Part shown: piece after piece, positions 23,247-32,984 of the stretch
Numbering within the stretch: position 1 is the first letter of the stretch
How the letters are laid out: the number at the start of each line of letters is the position of its first letter
Source of the DNA: Selaginella moellendorffii
Taxonomy: Eukaryota > Plantae > Lycopodiophyta
Assembly: GCF_000143415.4 (NCBI RefSeq)
Contig: NW_003314269.1
Coordinates: forward strand, 2,177,544-2,241,543
Direction: 5' to 3'
Length of the DNA stretch: 64,000 nt
Program-made: the position numbers and the translations under genes
The notes under the pieces: model-generated
Told to the model about the DNA's origin: nothing
What the model saw: the letters and a program-made list of their open reading frames with translations, nothing else
Databases searched by the model: none

Positions 23247-23676
23247 ATGGATGCTAAAACATTAGCTAGAGTTTACATGTTAGTGATTTTGGTTTTCGCT
23301 TTGTTATTTTCACTCAAGGTATATAATCCAGATTTTTATCTTATTTTCTTTCTTTTCCTTTCATTTTTAATAGGCTTGCAATGGGTTTTCTAAATCATGT
23401 AGTAATTCTACAGTCAATTTTGTTGGTGTTCTATGGGCATTTTGTGCCCCATCACAGTGGTTTCAAAGTAACTTGCCTCTAGGTTCTAAACTAGGCAACG
23501 ACAATGGCAAACTTGTTCTTGGGAGTGATTTTTGGAAAACATGCCAGCAGTATTTAGTGGATTCCAACGGAATAATTTCGGGACTTTGTTTAAATGAGAC
23601 AGGCTACCATATTTCTGTAGTGTTCCCCTTGGATAATTTTGTCTCAAACGAGAATGGTTATTTGGTTTTTTGCTAA
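23247..23676 (+). CDS. Secreted cyanovirin-N homolog (CVNH) lectin, 124 aa
   Basis: Exon 1 (23247-23318) encodes the signal peptide MDAKTLARVYMLVILVFALLFSLK. GT-AG intron 23319-23373. Exon 2 continues in frame: GFSKSC..LWAFC..SNLPLGSKLGNDNGKLV / DFWKTC..ISGLC..FPLDNFVSNENGYLVFC*, the two ~50-aa CVNH repeats. Confidence 0.88.
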
Positions 23677-24025
23677 TGTAAGCCAAGTCATTCCTCTAAT
23701 GTAGCAACACACTCCCATAAATTTTTGAATCAGTACTGTTAAACCAAATGTAATTCCATTTACTAATAAGCAGCTATTTAATCAGCAAATATCTGATATC
23801 CTGCCTGAAAGTAGTGCTCCACCTTTTACCACTCTTTGCAATGGAACTCAAATTCGTATCATAGGTTTTGCTGTTAAACTGTTCGTACAGTACGGTAGGA
23901 ACTAACCGGGTGTTTGTTAAGACAAATATATTTATGCTAATCATTTGGTCTTTATGTTCCACGTGGCCTAACAGGATTAGGGGCGCCGGGCATAAGCCCT
24001 AACTCTGGGATCTAGGTCTTGATTG

Positions 24026-26118
24026 ATGGAGCGCTGTCGAGCTCGTCTCGCGCGGAGCCGCTCGCCGCTACTGCGATGGTATTCCGCGGCCTCCAGGGAT
24101 CCCTCTCAGGTTTGTCGCATTTCGATCGATCCCCCGAATTCGAGCTGTCTGTGTTTGCAGCAGCGCCTGTGCTTGCTCCACCTGAGGAGCTACCTCCACA
24201 CGGAGTGTGTAGGTACGCCGCCGCCGCCGCCGCCGCCTTTGATTACCGCGATTGCGCTGTGGTTTGACTGGAAATCGTGCTTCTTCTGTGTGTCTTTTGC
24301 CAGATTCTCCGTTGCATTTGCGGCGATCGCAAGTATGGAACAGGTATGGGTGGAAATCTCGCGGCTTTTGTGTGAGTGTGGCATTTTACCAGGAAAGTGG
24401 TGTTGTTGGATCGAGTGGAATCGGAGTTCCAGAAAATCCCGAGACGGGGATTTGCTGCTGGGGGTAAGCTTCAAAGCCGAGTCCCTCTTTTGCCGATGCT
24501 GATTGTTCTCACACAACAGGGGAAGGTGATATCATTGTCCCTTCAATGGGAGAGTCGATCTCAGATGGGAGCTTGGCTTCTTTTTCTAAGCGTGAGTATC
24601 ACGTCTTGCTTTTACTCCTTTCCTTTTTTTTTATCGTGAGGCGAAAGCTAACCTCCTTGACAAATATTACAGAGGTTGGGGATGCTGTTAACGTTGACGA
24701 TGTGATTGCACAGATAGAGAGCGAAAAGGTTTGGATTTTGTATGCATTCAAGTTAACGTTGCAGCTCTTATGGCGACTCTAGGTGACTATCGATGTTCGC
24801 AGTCCTGTTGCTGGCACTTTGAAAGAGGTACTATGCTTTTGTTTCTTCTGGGGTAGTGGAAATATATATATACTTTTTTTCTTCTACAGATCGTTGTCAA
24901 AGTCGGCACGACAGTGAAGCCGGGTGATAAGATTGCCTTTGTTGCGAAAGGGGATACTTCTGGTAAATCTTCCGCTCCACCGCCGCCGCCACCAAAGTCT
25001 GAAGAAAAGCCGTCGCCGCCTCCCAAAGAGGCAACAGCAAAGTCAGCTCCACCTCCTCCGCAACCGCCGCCGCCGCCGCCGCCACCGTCCTCGCCGCGGC
25101 CTTCAACAGAACCACAACTACCTCCTAAAGAAAGGGAGCGACGAGTAAGCGTTTTCCCATATGTCTCTAGGGACATCAGTAACTATTGTATTTTTTCCAC
25201 AGGTTCCCATGACGCGCATCAGGAAAAGAATTGCCACTCGTCTAAAAGATGCTCAAAACACCTTGGCGTTGCTCACGACTTTCAACGAAGTTGATATGTA
25301 AGAGTAGTATTTGTTTAAGTCGAGCGCTTATAGGAGGCTTTATGAAAACAGGACAAATGCAATGGCTTTGCGTGCAAAGTACAAGGACGAGTTTCAAGAA
25401 AAACATGGAGCAAAGCTTGGGTTCATGTCGGTGTTTGTCAAGGTATTCGGCGTGGATTGCGTAATTCAAGAGTTTCTTTTTGCTGACAGACGTCATTTTA
25501 GGCTGCTGTTAGCGCTTTGCAGGCGCAGCCCGTTGTAAACGCTGTGATCGACGGAGATGACATCATTTACAGAGACTACGTCGACATCAGCATTGCTGTT
25601 GGAACTCCAAAGGTATTGTCATGTTCTCGGAGACTAAAAAAAACCAATTTTGTTTTTCCACGTTGTGCAGGGCCTGGTGGTTCCCGTGGTCAGGGGTTGT
25701 GAGAAGATGAACTTTGCAGATGTGGAGAAAACAATTGCCAAGCTCGCGAAGAAAGCAAACGACGGAACCATTACTATCGATGATATGGCCGGCGGGAGCT
25801 TTACCATCTCCAACGGTGGAGTATACGGCAGTTTGATCAGCACACCCATTGTCAATCCTCCTCAGGTTTGGACCTTCACATCTCAGAAGACCTTGTTTTC
25901 ATTGAATTTTTGTTTTTGTTTTCCAGTCTGCTATTCTTGGAATGCATTCCATCCAGAAGCGTCCCGTGGTGATTGGCAACGAAATAGTCATCCGACCGAT
26001 GATGTACATTGCTTTGACATACGATCACAGGCTGATCGACGGCAGAGAGGCGGTTCTTTTCTTGCGGCAAGTCAAGGACGTGGTTGAAGACCCAGCTCGT
26101 TTGGTTCTGGACCTCTAA
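24026..26118 (+). CDS. Dihydrolipoyllysine succinyltransferase (E2 of mitochondrial 2-oxoglutarate dehydrogenase)
   Basis: [11 protein letters not shown] lipoyl domain, Pro-rich linker, [52 protein letters not shown]. Stop at 26116-26118. Confidence 0.96.
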
Positions 26119-26391
26119 AACGATCTGGTACGCGGCTTTGATTTTTATCTAAATTTTTGGATCCGTAAATTTCACTCGCAATAAAACTCAACCCGGTAGT
26201 GTTGTGTTTTTCCAGTTCATAGCTTTTCTTATGTTTTTTGCAGAGAGAAGTTAGGGCCCTTTATAGGTAGAAGAAGAGAGGCGAGTTTCTGTGAGTATGG
26301 CGCGGCATTTTGGTATGTTTTCTCTCTTCCAAGAGAAAGGATGAGCCGGCACTATCAGATGTAAGCCTCGAATTTTTTCTTTCATTCTAGC

Positions 26392-28830
26392 ATGCTTAAC
26401 AACAGTGAAGCCAGAGAGACCCACATCCTTGCGAACTTAAGCGAGGAAGGCAGGACAGGAAGCTTGGTCTCTCAGCTGAGAGCTTGCGGCAGCTCACGAG
26501 ATTTACAGAGAGGCAAAAGACTTCACGCAGCGGCCGTGAGATGTGGCCGGGAGGATTCAGACATTTACGTTGCGAGCTCGCTGCTAAACATGTACTTCAG
26601 GTGTGGAAGTGTCAGGGACGCCGAGGTGGTGTTCCAGGGAATTGCTTGCCAGAATGTGGTGACTTGGACGACGCTGGTCTATGGATACAGTGAGAATGGA
26701 CAGGGAAGCTTGGCTTTGCAGTGCTTCTACAGGCTCCAAGAGGAAGGCTGTAAGCCAAACGCTCGGACTTTTGTGGCTGGAATCAAGGCTTGCAGCAGCG
26801 TTGCTAAGCAGGAAGAGCTCGAGGGTGATGGACAGAAAGAGCTTCCGAGAAAAGAAGCAGCACTTAAGGCAGGGATTGCTGTCCACTTGCGAGCTGGGAA
26901 AGCTGGGATGGATACAGGGATCTTCGTTTCAAATGCGCTGGTGGATATGTACTCCAACTGTGGAAGCATGTTGCTTGCTCGAGAGGTGTTTGAGAAGATC
27001 AAGCTCCCGGATGCGGTGTCGTGGACCTCGTTGATCATGGGCTACGCGGAGAATGGAGAGGAGAAGGTGGCGCTAGAGATGTTTGAGAGGATGCAGAGAA
27101 GGGAGAGCTATTGTGCTCCAAGCGCTCGGACGTTTGTTGCTGCTCTCAAGGCTTGCTCCGGCCTGGTAGCAGAAGATGGGCAGAGGCTTGCTGCTTTGGA
27201 GAAAGGCATGGTTCTTCACTCGCAAGCTGCTTCGTTCGGGTTTGATCTGGATGTGTTCGTCGCCAACACTCTTGTGGACTTGTATGGGAAGCTCGGGACG
27301 ATGGTTGATGCTCGGAAGGTTTTCGACCGGATGGTTCGTCACACAGTGGTTTCCTGGACCGCCTTGATTCTGGGATACGTTGAAAACAACGAGGCCGAGG
27401 CTGCACTGGATCTCTTCCCGTGCATGATCGCGTCGAACTCCCGGCCGGACGCGAGAAGCTTCGTAGCGGCAGTCAAGGCTTGCACGGGCGTAGCAGCCAA
27501 AGAGGATGGATCTCGAGTCGATCATGGCAAGCAGCTTCTAAAGGTGGCGGCGCTGGAGATGGGGATGTTCTTACACTCGGAGGCCATGCGACATGGTTTG
27601 GGCTCAGCCTTGGTGCTTGGAAACGCGCTGATTCACATGTACGTGGAGTGTGGAAGCCTCGTTGACGCTCACAAGGTATTCGAGAGGATGAGGCTTCGCG
27701 ATCTCGCTTCATGGACTGAGCTGATACTTGGCTATGCAGAGAGCGATGGAGGGGAGCTGGCTCTTAGCCTGTTCGAGCAGCTCGTCGATCGAAACGGCTG
27801 TGCTTCGTTGGACGGCCCCGTCTTCGTTGCTGCTCTCCAGGCGTGCTTGAGCTTGTCGGAGAAGGAAGCAGGGACTGCAATGGATGGCAAACTTCTCAAG
27901 GCGAAAGCTCTCGAGCGGGGTATGGCGATACACACCTTGGCAACCAAGGCGGGGCTCAAACCCCACGACCTCGCCTTCGTTACAAACTGCCTGGTGGATC
28001 TCTACGCGAAGTGCGGCAGCATGGCGGACGCAAGCAGCGCGTTCCTCTCGATCGACTCGAGCTCCCGCGGGGTAGTGGCCTGGACAGTGCTCATACAGGG
28101 ACACGCCGCGGCCGGAGATGGCGTACTGGCTTTGGAGATGCTCCAGCGGATGAAAGCCACAGGCATCGCCCTCGACGTGAAAGCTCTCGCCGCGGGGCTC
28201 AAGGCTTGCGAGGCCATGGCGGACGTGAGCGCTGCCAAGCTACTCCACTGGGAGATATGCCGGCTGGGGATGGAGAGCGATCCGGTGCTCGGGACTTGCC
28301 TGGTGAGTTGCTACGCGAAGTGTGGGAGCCCGGCCGACGCGCAGCAGGCATTCGACGCGCTGCCAAGCCGGGGCGTGGTCACCTGGAACGCTCTCCTCGC
28401 GGGTTACAGCCACCAGGGAATGACCAGCCGAGCTCTCGGCCTCCTGGAAGCGATGCGAGAGGAAGGCGTGCGACGAGACGCGGTGAGCTACCTCTCGGTG
28501 CTCACGGCGTGCAGCCATGCCGGGCTGGTGGACGAGTGCCGGGAGAAGTTCGAGGAGATGCGCAGGGAGGAGAGGGTGGAGGCCAGGATCGAGCACTACC
28601 ACTGCATGGCCGATTCGCTGGGGCGCGCGGGGGAGATCGATGAAGCGGTGGCGATGGTGAGGGGGATGCCACACGAGGCGAATGAGGTTACGTGGAGGTC
28701 GGTGCTGGGGGCTTGCGCTCGATCCAAGAATGTGGAGGTGGCCAAGGTTACGTTTGAGCTCTCGGATCGCGCGAAGGACGATGCCTCTGGCGCGGGCTAT
28801 ATGCTCATGGCAAACACTGTGCAAAGTTGA
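26392..28830 (+). CDS. PLS-class pentatricopeptide repeat protein ending in an E-type domain (no DYW)
   Basis: Repeated LVDMYxxCGS...VxWTxLIxGY motifs, then EHYHCMADSLGRAG, W.SVLGAC and YMLMAN followed by stop. The true start may lie in short upstream exons (~26297). Confidence 0.92.
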   Translation: MLNNSEARETHILANLSEEGRTGSLVSQLRACGSSRDLQRGKRLHAAAVRCGREDSDIYVASSLLNMYFRCGSVRDAEVVFQGIACQNVVTWTTLVYGYSENGQGSLALQCFYRLQEEGCKPNARTFVAGIKACSSVAKQEELEGDGQKELPRKEAALKAGIAVHLRAGKAGMDTGIFVSNALVDMYSNCGSMLLAREVFEKIKLPDAVSWTSLIMGYAENGEEKVALEMFERMQRRESYCAPSARTFVAALKACSGLVAEDGQRLAALEKGMVLHSQAASFGFDLDVFVANTLVDLYGKLGTMVDARKVFDRMVRHTVVSWTALILGYVENNEAEAALDLFPCMIASNSRPDARSFVAAVKACTGVAAKEDGSRVDHGKQLLKVAALEMGMFLHSEAMRHGLGSALVLGNALIHMYVECGSLVDAHKVFERMRLRDLASWTELILGYAESDGGELALSLFEQLVDRNGCASLDGPVFVAALQACLSLSEKEAGTAMDGKLLKAKALERGMAIHTLATKAGLKPHDLAFVTNCLVDLYAKCGSMADASSAFLSIDSSSRGVVAWTVLIQGHAAAGDGVLALEMLQRMKATGIALDVKALAAGLKACEAMADVSAAKLLHWEICRLGMESDPVLGTCLVSCYAKCGSPADAQQAFDALPSRGVVTWNALLAGYSHQGMTSRALGLLEAMREEGVRRDAVSYLSVLTACSHAGLVDECREKFEEMRREERVEARIEHYHCMADSLGRAGEIDEAVAMVRGMPHEANEVTWRSVLGACARSKNVEVAKVTFELSDRAKDDASGAGYMLMANTVQS

Positions 28831-29160
28831 GAGACAAACTATATTCTAAATAATATTCTTACAAATTTTGAAAGTTAAACCCTAATCTAAAAGCGATCTA
28901 TTTAGGTCTGGGCTGCCTGAAATTGACTGCTTTTCATCTTCCGAAATTGACAGGCTCTCGTCAGGGATGAAGACGGGCATTGATGGAGGTCCTTACAAGG
29001 TAGTTGATAACATTTGTGTAGATTTGTACAAGGTTTGGTGTACATCAATTGAATCGTCATGGCGGGTAAACTTCGTTGTTACAGTTCAGGGCAGTAGGTT
29101 GGGATCCGTCTACCACAGTGATGTTCACGAAGGGGATAGAAAATAGGTTATCCTTGCAGG

Positions 29161-29667
29161 CAGCATCTCATGGCCTGGATTTGGAGTTCCAAGAAACAGT
29201 TGTATGATGGCTCTTCAAAGGAGCCTGATATCTCGTATGCTTCTAGACAGCCACGATTAGCTCTGGAAGTGGCCTACAAAAATGAGAATCTAGAAACGCT
29301 GGTAAAGTAGCAGACTGGAAGCAGTCGAGGGCCTTCCTTTCTCTTGGGGCTATGACATGGTAAAAGTAATAGAGAAATCAGAACAGGTACAAATGGCAAT
29401 GTATTGGGTTCAACCATAAGTAATAAACGTCAGCCATTTCAGCAAAGAGCAAAGGAGCTTATTTTATGACAAAGACTAAATTGCACTTTCAGTTGTCTAA
29501 CAGTGGTTGACGATTTTAATGTCGAGATAAACTTACGAGATTTAGGAGAACACATAATTGGGTTACTTAAGGATGAAGCAGAAGAAAATCATAGGATGGT
29601 GATGGAATCTATCACCGTTCACTCATTAATGACAATAATTCTTGCTAAACAAGAAACGAAGAAATGA
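29161..29667 (+). pseudogene. Remnant of a Uma2-like PD-(D/E)XK nuclease-fold gene
   Basis: 29161-29310 translates ..DGSSKEPDISYASRQPRLALEVAYKNENLETLVK* (PD...EVA pattern); downstream pieces EQVQMA and VEINLRDLGEHI. No intact ORF. Confidence 0.45.
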
Positions 29668-30228
29668 AATAACACAATTCAGTGCATTGGAGTTAGACTG
29701 TCCCTATGGTTTTGTAATAACTGTAAACCTTCGTTACATGTTATAAGAGAATAGTTTTAGAGATTAAGGCCAAGGACCAAAATTGAATCTTTTTAATTCT
29801 AGTTCTCCAATATGAGTGTGAGAATAAAAAAAGAAGCTGAATTCTCCACTATGAATAGAAAGATTATTCTGTCAATATTCTCAAACATTGAAAACCATAA
29901 AAGATAAATCTAATGTTCTCAAACATTTAAAACAAGAAAGCCTTTGTATAATCTACAAATTCGCTTTGATATGGTGCCTTTTGTTTGTCATCTCCTCATG
30001 GTGTTTTTTGTCATGTCTCCTCATGAAGGATGAAGGGAATGCCATGGTTCCCCATGGTTTCATCCTTTTAAAATAAATAAGGTATGAATGCCAAGAGCTT
30101 TTTGCTCTTGCATCCGTCTTTTCTTCCTTTTTCCGGTTTAGAAAAACGAGTGTTTTGCTTGTGATCCTTCCTACCAACCAGAGCGTAGATCAATCCAAAA
30201 CGACTGAAAAGCGTACCTCCTTCCGTTC

Positions 30229-31584
30229 CTACGTTCCGAGCTCAAGGTTAGCCTCCGAGGTGGAAGGCTAGTTCAAACGAAAGTTATAATCTCTAAACTC
30301 AGGAAGTGGTATTTACCTGGACGTCCGAATCGTGTACGCAAAGACTAGTTCCGGAGTTGGCTGTCGCAGCCACATGCTTATACACCTCACGGCTCCTAAA
30401 AACTGCTCCATTAGTCGCTTGTTCTTTCTATCAAGCACGAAAACTTACCGGTGGACGTGCTTGATGCGGGGCTTCTTCATCCCAAACTCGATGATCCTCT
30501 GGATCTGTTTCTCCATTTCTTCTCGCTTCTCTATTGCTGCCCCCAGCCGAGCAACCCAAACATCTCCAGGATCGAACACGGTGTCAGGACGACACACTGG
30601 ATCCACAACCTTGGCTTGGTCTCGTTGATAACCCTGCTCGATGTAGTCGCTTCGACGTGGATCGCGACGGCAGACTGAAGTTCTTGGCGGCTCATCTGCA
30701 AGCTCGTGGACGTGCTGCATGGGAGCAAAGCCATGGAAGACCGGAGGATACTCCACCGTGCTTCCCCGGATCTCGTCCTCATAAGTTGGCACCTCCATCA
30801 GGTGGTGTTGAACTGGAGCCCCAAAGATTGGATCCACGGGGCAGACACCGCCGAAAAATGCCGAAGGAGGCAAGCGCCTTGGAGGACTGGCATTTAGCTG
30901 CGACGGTTGAAGATGCTCCTGCTGCTTCTCTCGGACGAAGGCACCGAGCTTGTCCCTGAGCCGTGCATCCTCTATCTCGCTCAAGGGAATTATGCTATCT
31001 CGCTTGCTGCTGCTGCCATCGCCAGGAAAATTGCTGCTCCCGACGTACTCCACCAAAATGCTGTCAGCCACCTTGTCTCTCCTCCTCTTGCAGAGTATCC
31101 AGATGCTGGTGACGATGGCCACCATAGCGAGCAGGAACATGACGATGCCTGCCGCGAGCAGCCCAGGCGGCGTCGCAAACGCTGCAGCTGCCGCTGCTGA
31201 TGGCGATGACGACGCCGGAGGGGGAGCAATAGTGGAGGAGCTCCAGCCGAGTGACGAAGGCGGCGATGGCGGCCTTGGTTGCCATACTATCGTGTCGTGA
31301 GCGGGAGGTGGCGGCGGCCCAAACCTCCTTGGTCGCCAAGTGATTGTATCGGAAGAAGGTGGCGGCCCTGTAGCTGGAGGATGGCCGCTGCTGTGCCTCG
31401 GCTTCGCTGGTGGGGACTTGGGCTTGACCGTCTTTGCTGGAGGCGGCGGCGGTGGCGGCGGCGGAGATGACGCCCTCCTTGGCGATGGTTTTTCGCTCTT
31501 GGGCGGCGGCGCGCTCCTCCTCCTGTTGTGTGCCTGATGATGCGACGGCGCCGGTGGCGGAGTGGCGGCGATGTGGCGAGCCAT
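30229..31584 (-). CDS. Proline-rich single-pass membrane protein of unknown function
   Basis: 379-codon first exon with Pro-rich N-terminus and a TM helix (GLLAAGIVMFLLAMVAIVTSIWILC) followed by KRRR. Two further in-frame small exons (30395-30317, 30267-30229) are predicted from GT-AG sites. Confidence 0.7.
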
Positions 31585-31878
31585 AGCGCTAGCGTCTTAC
31601 CAGAGAGAAAAATGGAACTCACCGCTTCTAGCTCAAAACTCGCCTTTATATTAGGGTTTCTAGGGTCTAAATGAGGCACCTTTTATACCTTATGGCCGTT
31701 TCACCGTCAGATCTTTCCCCATCCGGACGGTCCAAATGAAATTTTCATCTGGTTTAGGACTAGATTAATGTGATTAATTGAGGGGCCGTTCGATAATCAA
31801 ATTCAATAAGGACCGTCGATCGGGGACACAAACATAGGGCAAATTTAGGGCAGGAAGAGTTTTGCGTGCGCGAAGAGG

Positions 31879-32214
31879 ATGAGTAAGTGGGCGCCGGTTT
31901 GAGAGCTGTGGTGCTATAGTCTGGTGTGGTTTGTCGCAGGTAAGGTGCACGGATCTTTGGCCCGGGCGGGCAAGGTGCGCGGACAAACGCCCAAGGTCCA
32001 GAAGCAGGACAAGAAGAAGAAGCCCAAGGGCCGGGCGCACAAGCGGGAGCAGTACAACAGGCGCTTCGTCACGGCGGGTGAGTGGCAATCGCATTCTCGA
32101 GAGCTGGAAAAGCCTCCATTCTTTCATTCTTTCTCCTTGTTTTTGCTCACGCTTCTCTCGTTTCCAGTTGTTGGATTTGGCAAGAAGCGCGGCCCCAATT
32201 CGTCCGAGAAGTAA
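31879..32214 (+). CDS. RPS30: 40S ribosomal protein S30 (eS30)
   Basis: 4-nt first exon ATGA, then [45 protein letters not shown] / [15 protein letters not shown]. Confidence 0.97.
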
Positions 32215-32984
32215 AGAGGATGAGATTGATGTTCTAGAATTTTTGTTCTTTGTATGAAACGCGATGTGAGAGGTCACTCAATTGCAAGACACTCTTTAGT
32301 GTGGATCGTGGTTATAGAAGGCCTTCAAATTTCTCAATATCTTCCAGCGGAGATCTATGTTTTTGGGCTGGAGGAGATCACAAATGCAATGGATGCAAAT
32401 TGATTTTATTATCACTGAATGTGTGTTGGAAAAGATGTCCCAAGAGGAAATGTATGGAAAATGTGGTTCAACTCGTACGGTGGGGTAAGTCGTGCTTTTA
32501 TTCCTTCCAGGATCTTCCCAATGTCAATTTTTCTCCATCAATGTGAGATTTACGTACTGGGCTTCTATTTCTTCAGGGTGACCATCACACTTTAAAAGGT
32601 CCCAAAACGTCCCTGTTTTGATGTTCTGGCCTCGGCTGCAAGCATGAGGTCCTTGCCCGAGCACAAGCGTCAATGCCCAGCGAGAAAGATCGATCGAGAC
32701 CCCTCTTGAATGAATGCCACTAACAGTTTTGGCGATAGCAACGCCAACTTCTTCTTCGTCTTCGCGACAGTAAATGAGTGCTCTTTTCACTCCATTATAT
32801 TGGCGATCAGTAAGTAACTTATATTGTACAGATACACAAAGGTGGCGGCGACGGTGGCAGCGAGGCAGCGGCGGCGATGGTTCTCTCCTTTTTCTCTGTC
32901 CTGTGTCACAGTGACTTGATCAGGCTGATCAATCCTCGAGCTTTCCCCGGTTTGATTCTCTCTCGTTGGACCGGGCTTTTGCTT

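Noticed and set aside
23955-24010. tRNA-Arg A-box-like text GTGGCCTAACAGGATTAGG
   Set aside because: No B-box or cloverleaf; better explained as a G-box (CCACGTGG) plus telo-like promoter sequence of the E2 gene.
27073-28824. Multiple long antisense and alternative-frame ORFs over the PPR, and likewise over FANCF, the methyltransferase and the decarboxylase
   Set aside because: Expected shadows of GC-rich coding sequence with few stop codons.
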